A stretch of 50,736 nt of DNA. Source: Candidatus Hadarchaeota archaeon (lineage in GTDB: Archaea > Hadarchaeota > Hadarchaeia > Hadarchaeales > JAWBSP01). The stretch covers positions 1-50,736 of the forward strand of contig CAYYWO010000007.1 in assembly GCA_964474885.1 (NCBI GenBank), read 5' to 3'. The stretch's first letter is position 1. Each line of letters opens with the position of its first letter. Of this stretch, positions 38,175 to 46,944 are shown piece by piece. The position numbers and the translations under genes are program-made. The notes below the pieces were generated by a model. It did not search any database. It saw only the letters and a list, made by a program, of their open reading frames with translations, and was not told the origin of the DNA.

Positions 38175-39635
38175 TTAGGAGTCAAGGTAGAGGTAAAACT
38201 CGAAGGGGGTGGGCCTCAGGGCCTGCTCCCAGCACTCTTCCCTTTTCAGCTCGACATACTTCTCGATCAGATCCTTGGTGAAGATACCATCTGCCAGGAG
38301 GTAATTGTGGTCCGATTCCAGTTCGTCCAAAGCCTCGGAGAGGGAAGCGGGCAGCTCGCCGATTCCCAGTTGCCGCCTCCTCTCCTTGGGCAGGAGGTAT
38401 ATGTTCTCGTCCACCGGGTCGCCGGGATCTATCTTCTTCCTTATGCCATCAAGACCGGCAGCCAGCTGGGCCGCAAAGCACAGGTAGGGGTTGGATGCGG
38501 GGTCGGGGGCCCTGAACTCGATTCTCTTCGTATCGTGGGCCCTCTTGGTCCCTCTATAGTAAACGGGCACGCGGACGGTCGCAGACCTGTTGCTTCTGCT
38601 CCACGCTATGTAGACAGGGGCTTCATAGCCGGGCACTAGCCTCTTGTAGGAGTTGGTCGTGGGGGCCACGAGTGCAGCCAGGGATCGGCAGTGCTCCAAT
38701 ACCCCTCCGATGTAGTACCTCCCGATCTGGCTCAGCTCGGCGTAGCCGTCACCGGGGTCATAGAAGGCATTCTTCTTTCCCTTCCACAAGCTCTGGTGGA
38801 CATGCATGCCGGAAGCATTGTCACCGAAGATGGGTTTGGGCATGAAGGTGGCTATCATGTTTCTCATGTAGGCGACCATCTTGGCGACGAACTTGTAGGA
38901 TACAACCCCGTCGGCCATCCTGGTGAGGGGGGCGCACCCCATGTCTATCTCAACTTGCCCCGCCGTTGCCACCTCGTGGTGGTGGGCCTCGATCTTAATG
39001 CCGAAAAAGTCCTCCAGGATGCGGGATACCTCCGACCGGTAATCCTGGAGGGTATCCTCGGGAGGGGCGGGATAATATCCCTCCTTGAATCTGATGGGGA
39101 AGTTTATCCCACCCGGGCTCCATATCGCCTCCTTGGAGTCTATTCTGTATCCGCTACTCGCCCAGGCATCACGCGTGGCGAGCATGTTGGGTATCAGCTC
39201 GACCCTGTCGAACACGAAGAATTCGATCTCGGCCCCCCAGTAGGAGCAGTTGAATCCAGCCTTCTTCGCAGCCTCCTCCGCCTTCTGGGCGACGTACCGC
39301 GAATCCCTAGTGAACCTGGGACCCCCAAACGAGTGATATATGTCCGCCATCATCCTGGCTGTTTTGTGCTCGCCAGAGGTCCAGGGGAGGATCGCGAAGC
39401 TTTCCGGGGCAGGGACCAGCACCATGTCAGACTCGTGGATCTCGACGAACCCCTTTATGGAGGAGCCATCCAGTTTTCCAAAGCCGGATTTGAAGCTATC
39501 CACATCGAACTCGTGAGCAGGTATCGTCACATGCTGGAGCCTCCCCCTCAGGTCCACAAACTGCAGGTCTATCCACCTGATCTTCTCCCTTTCTATAGTC
39601 GCGATGACTCTTTCAACTTCCGTGGCATTGCTCAT
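38175..39635 (-). CDS. glnA: Glutamine synthetase type I
   Basis: DGSSIKGF..I.ESDM, HHHEVATAGQ.E, TFMPKP..GDN.SGMH.HQS, NSYKRLVPGYEAP and RIEFRAPD. Confidence 0.97.
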   Translation of the reverse strand: MSNATEVERVIATIEREKIRWIDLQFVDLRGRLQHVTIPAHEFDVDSFKSGFGKLDGSSIKGFVEIHESDMVLVPAPESFAILPWTSGEHKTARMMADIYHSFGGPRFTRDSRYVAQKAEEAAKKAGFNCSYWGAEIEFFVFDRVELIPNMLATRDAWASSGYRIDSKEAIWSPGGINFPIRFKEGYYPAPPEDTLQDYRSEVSRILEDFFGIKIEAHHHEVATAGQVEIDMGCAPLTRMADGVVSYKFVAKMVAYMRNMIATFMPKPIFGDNASGMHVHQSLWKGKKNAFYDPGDGYAELSQIGRYYIGGVLEHCRSLAALVAPTTNSYKRLVPGYEAPVYIAWSRSNRSATVRVPVYYRGTKRAHDTKRIEFRAPDPASNPYLCFAAQLAAGLDGIRKKIDPGDPVDENIYLLPKERRRQLGIGELPASLSEALDELESDHNYLLADGIFTKDLIEKYVELKREECWEQALRPTPFEFYLYLDS

Positions 39636-39716
39636 CGGAGTAGCGAATTCGAGAGTAAAAAAGCTTAATGTGAAAAATTATTGCTGAGTATTAACCTACT
39701 CTTCCGGGTTTAAGAC

Positions 39717-40661
39717 GTGAGACTGGAGGAGTATCTCGGCCGGTGCTCAAGGCTGGTGCGCCAGGTGATAGACCAAGTGCTACCCTCAGGTGCCGGAACC
39801 CTCCCGAGGGCGAGCAGACACCTCATCGAGGCAGGTGGGAAGATGCTCAGGCCCTGTCTCTGTTTGTCCTGCTGTGAGGCGGTCGGCGGGAAAATCACGG
39901 AGGACGTGCTCAAGGTGGCAGCAGCTCTGGAGCTGGTCCACACCTTCACGCTCGTCCACGACGATATAATGGACCACGCGGAGACCAGGAGGGGAGTACC
40001 CGCAGTCCACGTGAAGTGGGGAGAGCCGATAGCCCTCACGGTGGGAGATGCCCTCCTCCTCAAAGCCTTCAAGCTGCTATCAGAGGTACCCAACTCTCAG
40101 GCGATCATAGGGCTCATGGCGGAAGCAACGCTGCAGCTCTGTGAAGGCCAGATACTGGACATCGAGTTCTCAAAGAGGGAAACGGTGAGCGAGGGCGAAT
40201 ACCTGCAGATGATTGAGAGGAAAACCGGAGCTCTTTTCTCTGCCGCCACGAGGGCCGGTGCACTGATGGGCGGGGCACCTCCCGAGTTGGCGGGGGAGAT
40301 GGCAGAGTACGGGAGATTGGTAGGCATGGCGTTTCAGATAAGGGATGACGTGCTGGATCTGCTGGAGAAGCCCGAGTCCGACCTGAGGGAGGGGAAGAGG
40401 ACGCTCATGATCGTCAAAGCCATGGAAGACCTCCAGCTGCGGGAGAGGCTAAGAGATGCGCTTGGGAGGAGGGATCTATCTATTGAGGAAGCAAGAGAGA
40501 TCCAGAGGCTGCTGGTCGGTTCGGGCGCGTTCGATTACGCCATGGAAAAGGCCCGGGAACTTGCAGAACTGGCAAAGTCAAAACTAACAGGGCTCCCCCC
40601 GAGCCCGGCGAAGGATGTCCTGCTGGAGCTGGCGGACCTAGCGGTGACCAGAAACAGGTGA
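39717..40661 (+). CDS. idsA: Polyprenyl (geranylgeranyl) diphosphate synthase
   Basis: GGKMLRP, FTLVHDDIMD (FARM with F at -5, archaeal GGPPS type), RRG, GQ..D, KT and FQIRDDVLD. Confidence 0.9.
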   Translation: MRLEEYLGRCSRLVRQVIDQVLPSGAGTLPRASRHLIEAGGKMLRPCLCLSCCEAVGGKITEDVLKVAAALELVHTFTLVHDDIMDHAETRRGVPAVHVKWGEPIALTVGDALLLKAFKLLSEVPNSQAIIGLMAEATLQLCEGQILDIEFSKRETVSEGEYLQMIERKTGALFSAATRAGALMGGAPPELAGEMAEYGRLVGMAFQIRDDVLDLLEKPESDLREGKRTLMIVKAMEDLQLRERLRDALGRRDLSIEEAREIQRLLVGSGAFDYAMEKARELAELAKSKLTGLPPSPAKDVLLELADLAVTRNR

Positions 40662-40670
40662 AGCTTAATG
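40661..40670 (+). promoter_or_regulatory. Putative BRE/TATA box for a leaderless hyd operon transcript
   Basis: AAGCTTAATG centred about 28 bp upstream of the hydG ATG; the same decamer occurs at 39661-39670 in the glnA/idsA intergenic region. Confidence 0.4.
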
Positions 40671-40694
40671 GAGGGCAAAGGGACAATATTTTAG

Positions 40695-42224
40695 ATGTCC
40701 AGCTACCAGCCAATTGTCCAATGGATTGAAAACCTGCCACAGGGGCTGGGTGCATGGATGAAGGAAAGGTTGAGAGATGAAGATGACTACAGCAGGTGGC
40801 TGGAGGATGGCAGGGATTTCATAGATGAGGAAAAGATTTGGCGCTTGATAAAAGAGAACTCAGATCCCACCCGCAGTCAAGTCAGAGCAATCATCGACAA
40901 GGCCCTTTCCTCCAAGGAATGTTTAGAACCTGAGGAAACCGCCAAGTTGCTGAACATAAAGGATGAGCAGCTGTGGAAGGAAGTCTACGAGGCAGCAGGG
41001 GAGGTAAAAAAGGAAGTCTATGACAACAGAATCGTTACGTTTGCACCATTGTACTGTAGCGACTACTGCGTGAACAACTGTCTTTACTGTGCCTTCCGGA
41101 GAGAAAACCAGGTGGTCAGGAAGAGGCTCTCGATCGAGGAAGTAGAAAAAGAAGCCAGAGCTTTGGCGGCGGCAGGACACAAACGTTTGATAACCTCATA
41201 CGGTGAGCACCCGCTCTCTGATGCCGGCTATATTGCTGAAACCTTGAAGGCGATCTATCGGGTGAAGGTCAAAACGAGGTCGGGATGGGGAGAGATCCGG
41301 AGGGTCAACGTCAATGCAGCTCCAATGACGGTGGAGGAGCTCAAGATGCTGAAGCAGATAGGTATCGGTACTTTCCAGGTTTTCCAGGAAACCTACCACC
41401 ACGAAACCTACCGAGCGGTACACCCTGCTGACACCATCAAGGGCAGTTATCACTGGAGGCTGTATTGCATGCACAGGGCACTTGAGGCAGGGGTAGATGA
41501 TGTGGGGATCGGTGTCCTCCTTGGTCTCTACGACTGGAGATTCGAGGTGATGGGGCTCTTGTTCCACTCAAGGGAGCTAGAAGAAAAGTTTGGGGTGGGA
41601 CCACACACCATCTCCTTCCCAAGACTCCGCCCCGCCCTGAACACACCCTTCGTGCAACGGGCCGAATATAAGGTGTCTGACTCGGACTTCAAGAAGTTCA
41701 TAGCGGTTGTCAGGCTTTCGGTTCCCTATACAGGTATGATATTAACGGCTAGGGAGCCTGAACACGTGAGGAGAGAGGTTCTCCCCCTAGGGATCACCCA
41801 AACGGACTTCGGTTCCAGAATCGGGATAGGCTCCTACACGAGTGGCAATAGTGATCAGTTGCCCGATCGCCAGCAGTTCCTGCTGGGGGACACGAGGGAC
41901 TTGGAGGAAGGGATAAGGTGGCTGGCGAGCCAGGGATACATCGTGTCCTTCTGCACTGCTGGGTATAGGTGCGGAAGGACGGGTCAGCACATAATGACAC
42001 TCCTGAAGAGCGGGAAGGAGAAGGTGTTTTGCAAGCTGAATGCTGTGCTGACGTACAAGGAATACTTGGAGGACTTTGCGGGCGAAGAAACGAGGAGACT
42101 GGGCGAGAAAGTCATCGAGAAGGAAATAGAGGAGATCCGGGAACTCGTTCCGCCCGAGGTCTTCAAAAGATTTATGGAGTATTTAAACCGCATAAGCAAG
42201 GGTGAGCGGGACCTCTACTTCTGA
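40695..42224 (+). CDS. hydG: [FeFe]-hydrogenase maturase HydG
   Basis: FAPLY.S.YCVNNCLYC radical-SAM motif, FQETY, GPHTISFPR (dangler His) and auxiliary-cluster motif CTAGYRC-x19-C; C-terminal GERDLYF. Confidence 0.95.
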   Translation: MSSYQPIVQWIENLPQGLGAWMKERLRDEDDYSRWLEDGRDFIDEEKIWRLIKENSDPTRSQVRAIIDKALSSKECLEPEETAKLLNIKDEQLWKEVYEAAGEVKKEVYDNRIVTFAPLYCSDYCVNNCLYCAFRRENQVVRKRLSIEEVEKEARALAAAGHKRLITSYGEHPLSDAGYIAETLKAIYRVKVKTRSGWGEIRRVNVNAAPMTVEELKMLKQIGIGTFQVFQETYHHETYRAVHPADTIKGSYHWRLYCMHRALEAGVDDVGIGVLLGLYDWRFEVMGLLFHSRELEEKFGVGPHTISFPRLRPALNTPFVQRAEYKVSDSDFKKFIAVVRLSVPYTGMILTAREPEHVRREVLPLGITQTDFGSRIGIGSYTSGNSDQLPDRQQFLLGDTRDLEEGIRWLASQGYIVSFCTAGYRCGRTGQHIMTLLKSGKEKVFCKLNAVLTYKEYLEDFAGEETRRLGEKVIEKEIEEIRELVPPEVFKRFMEYLNRISKGERDLYF

Positions 42225-42489
42225 GGATCTCAGGAGATATCTGGAGGATCTCGCTCGCGTCGTAGCGGTGAAGTTCAGGGTCAAGGTTTGGTTCGCGGAG
42301 ATATTGGGCAGGAGGTGGTCGTACATCGCGGGTGAAAGGGAGGATACCTTCCTCCCTCCGGTCAAGGTTCAGCTGACGGAGAAGATGGGTGTAGTGCTGA
42401 TTGGTGTACACTCCCACGGGCAGGTGGAGGAGGTAAAGAATTTCATCCTCTCCCAGCTCAGAACCGCAGGTTTTAAAGATGCCAGCTAA
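42202..42489 (+). CDS. Uncharacterised 95-aa protein inside the hyd operon
   Basis: Overlaps the hydG end and stops 9 bp before hydC; contains EILGRRWSYIAG; no Cys. Confidence 0.7.
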   Translation: MSGTSTSEDLRRYLEDLARVVAVKFRVKVWFAEILGRRWSYIAGEREDTFLPPVKVQLTEKMGVVLIGVHSHGQVEEVKNFILSQLRTAGFKDAS

Positions 42490-42498
42490 ACACCGTTT

Positions 42499-42963
42499 AT
42501 GGAGTCGGAACTGGAAGATCAGATAAGCAGGATGGTTGAACAAATGGGCAGGCAGGCCTTGCTTCCCTGCCTGCATCTCATCCAAGAGAAGCTGGGATGC
42601 GTCACGCCGGAAGCGGCAACCCTCGTCGCGAAAAAGCTGGGCCTGTCAAGGGGAGAGGTTTTCAGCGTGGCATCCTTTTACGGGATGTTTAGCAGGGAGA
42701 GGGAGGGAAAATTTGTCATTCGCGTTTGTGTCTCCCTCCCCTGCTATCTGAAGGGGGCGAGGGAGATACTCCAGTACCTGCAGGGAGAACTCGGGGTCAA
42801 ACCGGGTCAGACCACGCCAGACGGGCTTTTCACTCTCAAGGAGACCTCATGTTTGGGCTTCTGTGACGGGGCCCCTGCCGTCATGGTGAACGACAAAACG
42901 TATGGCAGGGTGACTGTCGACAAAATGAAGGAAATCCTGCAGCAGTGCAGGGAGAAGGCATGA
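42499..42963 (+). CDS. hydC: [FeFe]-hydrogenase gamma subunit (NuoE-like [2Fe-2S])
   Basis: VASFY, CVSLPC...CLGFC..AP; ATGA overlap with hydB. Confidence 0.92.
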   Translation: MESELEDQISRMVEQMGRQALLPCLHLIQEKLGCVTPEAATLVAKKLGLSRGEVFSVASFYGMFSREREGKFVIRVCVSLPCYLKGAREILQYLQGELGVKPGQTTPDGLFTLKETSCLGFCDGAPAVMVNDKTYGRVTVDKMKEILQQCREKA

Positions 42964-44225
42964 AGATCCTCCTCAAACGTATAGAGAAGAAGGATTACAG
43001 GGGAACTCTAGAAGAATACCTGCAGGAGGGGGGTTACGAGGCACTGAGGAAGACGCTAGAGATGGAGCCGTCCGGAGTAATTGCGGAGGTCAAGCGATCT
43101 GGACTCGTGGGAAGAGGGGGTGCGGGCTTCCCCACCGGCTTGAAGTGGGAGTTAACTGCGAAGGTTCCAGACTCCCCCAAATACGTGGTCTGCAATGCCG
43201 ATGAGGGCGAGCCAGGGACCTTCAAAGATCGGATCATAATGGAGCGAGATCCCCACCTGCTCTTGGAGGGGATGATGATCTGCGGTTACGCGATTGGGGC
43301 TAGACAGGGCTACATTTATGTCCGGGGTGAGTACACCGAGAGCTACAGGCGGCTGGAAGCGGCGATCCAGGAAGCCCGGGAGAGGCACCTCTTGGGTGAG
43401 AAGATCCAGGGAACGGATTTCTCGTTCGACATTTACCTCTACAAAGGAGCTGGGGCTTACGTGTGCGGCGAGGAGACTGCACTCCTAGATTCACTGGAAG
43501 GTAAGAGGGGAGAGGCAAGGTTGAGGCCGCCATACCCGGCTACTTCGGGGTTCAGGGGCAAGCCTACCGTGGTGAACAATGTGGAAACTCTCTCGTGCAT
43601 CCCAGCTATAATTCTTAACGGAGGGGAGTGGTACTCCAAGATAGGCTCGGAGGGCAGTCCCGGAACTAAACTCTACTGTCTTTCAGGGGATGTCAGAAAT
43701 CCGGGCGTCTATGAACTACCCACGGACGTAACGCTCGAAGAACTTGTGAGCGAGTATGGCAGGGGGGTAGAAGGAGGGGCGAAGGCAGCCTTAACCGGGG
43801 GAATCTCGGGCGGGCTCCTAACTCCCGAACAATTTAAGGTAACTCTTGACTACAAGAGCATGCTCAAAGCGGGAACTGGCTTGGGTTCAGGCGCGATCAT
43901 CATGTTGAATCAGAGGAGGTGCATGGTGGATGTAGCGCTCAGGTGTCTCGAGTTCTTTGAGCATGAGTCGTGTGGGAAGTGTGCCCCCTGCAGGGAGGGG
44001 ACGAAGAGGGCAAGGGAATTGCTTCAGAAGATACGCAGAGGAAACGGGGACTCTGCCAGCCTGGAACTCCTGCTGGAGCTGCAAAGGGTGATGTACGACA
44101 CCTGTATCTGTGGTCTCGGTCAGAGCGCCCTCAATGTCACCAAAGCCTGCATCGAGAGGTTCAAGGGAGAGTTCGAAGAGCACCTCAGGGGGAGGTGCGT
44201 GGTAGGGGTGTGCGGACATGACTGA
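42960..44225 (+). CDS. hydB: [FeFe]-hydrogenase beta subunit (NuoF-like FMN/NADH diaphorase), short form
   Basis: GRGGAGFPTG.KW, NADEGEPGTFKDR, GAGAYVCGEETAL, NNVET, ESCGKCAPCREG...CGLG. Start reset to the ATG at 42960 (421 aa). Confidence 0.93.
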   Translation: MKILLKRIEKKDYRGTLEEYLQEGGYEALRKTLEMEPSGVIAEVKRSGLVGRGGAGFPTGLKWELTAKVPDSPKYVVCNADEGEPGTFKDRIIMERDPHLLLEGMMICGYAIGARQGYIYVRGEYTESYRRLEAAIQEARERHLLGEKIQGTDFSFDIYLYKGAGAYVCGEETALLDSLEGKRGEARLRPPYPATSGFRGKPTVVNNVETLSCIPAIILNGGEWYSKIGSEGSPGTKLYCLSGDVRNPGVYELPTDVTLEELVSEYGRGVEGGAKAALTGGISGGLLTPEQFKVTLDYKSMLKAGTGLGSGAIIMLNQRRCMVDVALRCLEFFEHESCGKCAPCREGTKRARELLQKIRRGNGDSASLELLLELQRVMYDTCICGLGQSALNVTKACIERFKGEFEEHLRGRCVVGVCGHD

Positions 44226-45945
44226 GCTGGTCAAGTTAACAATAGACGGTTATGAGGTTGAGGTACCAGCGGGCACCACCATCCTGGAGGCCGCAAAGAA
44301 GCTGAACATAAAGATCCCCACCCTCTGTTACAGGGAGGGGCTCGAACCTTACGGTGCTTGCCGGGTGTGCGTTGTGGAAATCGAGGGACGACCGAGACTG
44401 GAGCCTGCATGTGCTACACCGGTGGCACCTGGGATGAAGGTGAAGACGAGGTCTGCTAGAGTAAGGCGTGCGAGGCGCATGATCCTGGAACTCCTCCTGA
44501 GCAATGGGCATCAAGATTGCACCACATGTGAGAAGGCAGAAGACTGTGAGCTGAGGCAACTAGCGTATGAGCTTGGGGTGAGGGAGATAAGGTTCGAGGG
44601 TGAGAGGTACAACTACCCGATAGACACCTCCTCACCTTCAATAGTTTTTGATCCGAACCGCTGCATTCTCTGCGGCCGTTGCGTGAGGACATGCCGGGAG
44701 GTCCAGTCGGTTGAAGCCATCAAGTTGACCGACAGAGGGAGGAACACACGGGTGATGACGTTCTTCGATTGGGGCCTGGGAAATGTTGAGTGCACGGCCT
44801 GCGGCCAGTGTGTTCTAGCCTGTCCAACAGGTGCCTTAAGGGAGAGGAACGATATTGAGGAGGTTTGGAAGGCCCTGGAGGATCCTGACAAATTTGTGGT
44901 GGTACAGACGGCACCGGCGATCAGAGCGGCACTGGGTGAGGAGTTCAATCTGCCTCCAGGCACCTCTGTCACTGGAAAGATGGCGGCGGCTCTCAGGAGG
45001 CTGGGTTTCGACCGGGTCTTCGACACACAGTTCGGAGCGGACTTAACCATCGTGGAGGAGGCCCACGAGTTGATAGAGAGAATTCAGAAGGGAGGGAAGC
45101 TCCCCATGACCACCTCCTGCTCACCGGCGTGGGTGAAGTACTTTGAGCACTTTTTCCCAGAAGTTCTCGAGCACATGTCGACATGCAAATCCCCCCAGCA
45201 GATGTTTGGGGCGGTTGCGAAGACCTACTATGCTGAAAAATTGGGGATAAAGCCCGAAGACATGGTGGTGGTTTCGATCATGCCGTGCACGGCGAAGAAG
45301 TTCGAGGCAAAGCGTCCCGAGATGAAGGCCTCGGGTGTTTACGATGTTGACGTGGTGCTGACCACAAGGGAGTTCGCAAGGATGGTGAAAGAGGCCGGCA
45401 TTGATTTCGCCAGCCTTCCAGAGGAGGAGTTCGACGAGCCTCTGGGGATCTCCACTGGAGCGGCAGTCATCTTCGGCGTGACGGGCGGAGTTATGGAGGC
45501 TGCTCTGCGAACGGCGTACGAGATAGTCACGGGAAAGCCTTTGGAGAAGGTCGAGTTCAAGCAGGTTAGGGGTTTTGAGGGGATAAGGACTGCGTCAATC
45601 GACTTCAACGGCACTCAGGTGCGTGTTGCAGTTGCCCATGGGTTGGCCAACGCCCGGGTGCTGATGGAGGAGGTGAGGGACGGCAGATCCCCCTATCACT
45701 TCATCGAGGTCATGGCATGCCCGGGAGGCTGCTTGGGAGGGGGTGGGCAGCCCATTCCAACCGACATGGAGATCAGGAAGAAGAGGGCGGCCTGCCTGTA
45801 CTCGGAGGATGAGAGGAAGGTGGTGAGGAAGTCGCACGAAAATCCCGCCATAAAGAAACTCTATGAGGAGTACTTAGGAAGGCCGGGAAGTGAGAAGGCA
45901 CATCACCTCTTGCACACCACTTACACCTCCCGGGGAAGATACTGA
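44218..45945 (+). CDS. hydA: [FeFe]-hydrogenase catalytic subunit (group A, M3-type architecture)
   Basis: [2Fe-2S] domain, HQDCTTC-x5-C, two CxxCxxCxxxC; H-cluster motifs TSCSPAW, MPCTAKKFE and EVMACPGGCLGGGGQP; fused small-subunit tail SHENP...LLHT. Confidence 0.97.
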   Translation: MTELVKLTIDGYEVEVPAGTTILEAAKKLNIKIPTLCYREGLEPYGACRVCVVEIEGRPRLEPACATPVAPGMKVKTRSARVRRARRMILELLLSNGHQDCTTCEKAEDCELRQLAYELGVREIRFEGERYNYPIDTSSPSIVFDPNRCILCGRCVRTCREVQSVEAIKLTDRGRNTRVMTFFDWGLGNVECTACGQCVLACPTGALRERNDIEEVWKALEDPDKFVVVQTAPAIRAALGEEFNLPPGTSVTGKMAAALRRLGFDRVFDTQFGADLTIVEEAHELIERIQKGGKLPMTTSCSPAWVKYFEHFFPEVLEHMSTCKSPQQMFGAVAKTYYAEKLGIKPEDMVVVSIMPCTAKKFEAKRPEMKASGVYDVDVVLTTREFARMVKEAGIDFASLPEEEFDEPLGISTGAAVIFGVTGGVMEAALRTAYEIVTGKPLEKVEFKQVRGFEGIRTASIDFNGTQVRVAVAHGLANARVLMEEVRDGRSPYHFIEVMACPGGCLGGGGQPIPTDMEIRKKRAACLYSEDERKVVRKSHENPAIKKLYEEYLGRPGSEKAHHLLHTTYTSRGRY

Positions 45946-45948
45946 GTT

Positions 45949-46944
45949 TTGCCCTTTTTACACCACATCCTTCGCGTCCTGAGAAAACAGGATCTGAGCA
46001 AACTGAGCAAAGTCGCTAGTTGGGTCAGGGATAGGCACTGTGGCAGGGTCGTCTTCATCAGGGGGCTGCTGGAGTTCTCGAACTACTGTTGTCGCAGCTG
46101 TTTGTACTGCGGCCTCCGCAGGGAGAACAGGGACCTCCCCCGCTACCGGATGTCACCCGAGGAGATCTTGGAAGCGGTTGACAGGATGGCCGAGTGCGGG
46201 GTGAAAACAGTGGTGCTCCAGTCGGGGGATGACTTAGGGTACCCGGTGGAAGAACTGGCTCGAACCATCCGGCAGATCAAGGAGAGGTATCCTGACATGG
46301 CGGTTACTCTTTCCATCGGGGAGAGGTCAATAGAGGACTATAGAGCTTTAAGACAAGCGGGGGCGGACAGGTTCCTGCTAAAACACGAGACGGCCAACCC
46401 CGAGCTCTACCACGAAATGCATCCAGGGCAGTCCTTCATGCACAGGCTGAGGCTCCTGTTATACCTGCGGAGGTTAGGGTACCAGATTGGGGCAGGCTGC
46501 ATAGTTGGCCTGCCTGGCCAGACCTTAAAAGATTTGGCCGCTGATGTCAGACTCATGTACCTACTCGACGTGGACATGGCGGGGATTGGACCTTTCGTGC
46601 CCCAAAAGAACACCCCTCTCGGCAGCCACCCGCCTGGGAGCAAGGAACTCACCCTTTCCGTCCTGGCCTTGACCCGGATACTCACCAAAACGGTTCTGCT
46701 ACCCGCGACCACAGCCCTTGCTACCCTCGATCCCGTTGAGGGACATGTGGCGGGATTGAGGGCAGGATGTAACGTTATCATGGTCAATTTTACCCCCGAG
46801 AGGTACCGCCAGCACTACAGGATTTATGACAACAAGCTGAGGGTCACTTTGAGCAGGGCGGAAGAGGCCGTGAAGGAAGCAGGGCTAAGTATTTTATGGG
46901 ATAGGGGGGATACCTTCAGATGCTCCAAGCACCGAGGGGCTTAA
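45949..46944 (+). CDS. hydE: [FeFe]-hydrogenase maturase HydE
   Basis: RGLLEFSNYC..SCLYC, VLQSG, LKHET, GIGPF.P, PATTAL, G.NV.M.N.TP and YRIYDNK; lies between hydA and hydF. Confidence 0.92.
   Translation: MPFLHHILRVLRKQDLSKLSKVASWVRDRHCGRVVFIRGLLEFSNYCCRSCLYCGLRRENRDLPRYRMSPEEILEAVDRMAECGVKTVVLQSGDDLGYPVEELARTIRQIKERYPDMAVTLSIGERSIEDYRALRQAGADRFLLKHETANPELYHEMHPGQSFMHRLRLLLYLRRLGYQIGAGCIVGLPGQTLKDLAADVRLMYLLDVDMAGIGPFVPQKNTPLGSHPPGSKELTLSVLALTRILTKTVLLPATTALATLDPVEGHVAGLRAGCNVIMVNFTPERYRQHYRIYDNKLRVTLSRAEEAVKEAGLSILWDRGDTFRCSKHRGA

Noticed and set aside
38691-39668. 325-aa plus-strand ORF
   Set aside because: Antisense shadow of glnA with no motifs. The same applies to the many short antisense ORFs over mcm, polC and hydA.
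42499-45945. Complex I NuoEFG or formate dehydrogenase
   Set aside because: The large subunit has H-cluster L1-L3 motifs, no molybdopterin domain, and no membrane Nuo genes are nearby.
40695-46944. Reading hydG as thiH and hydE as bioB
   Set aside because: HydG has the C-terminal auxiliary-cluster motif and dangler His; HydE has the C-terminal YxxY motif; both sit in an operon with hydA and hydF.
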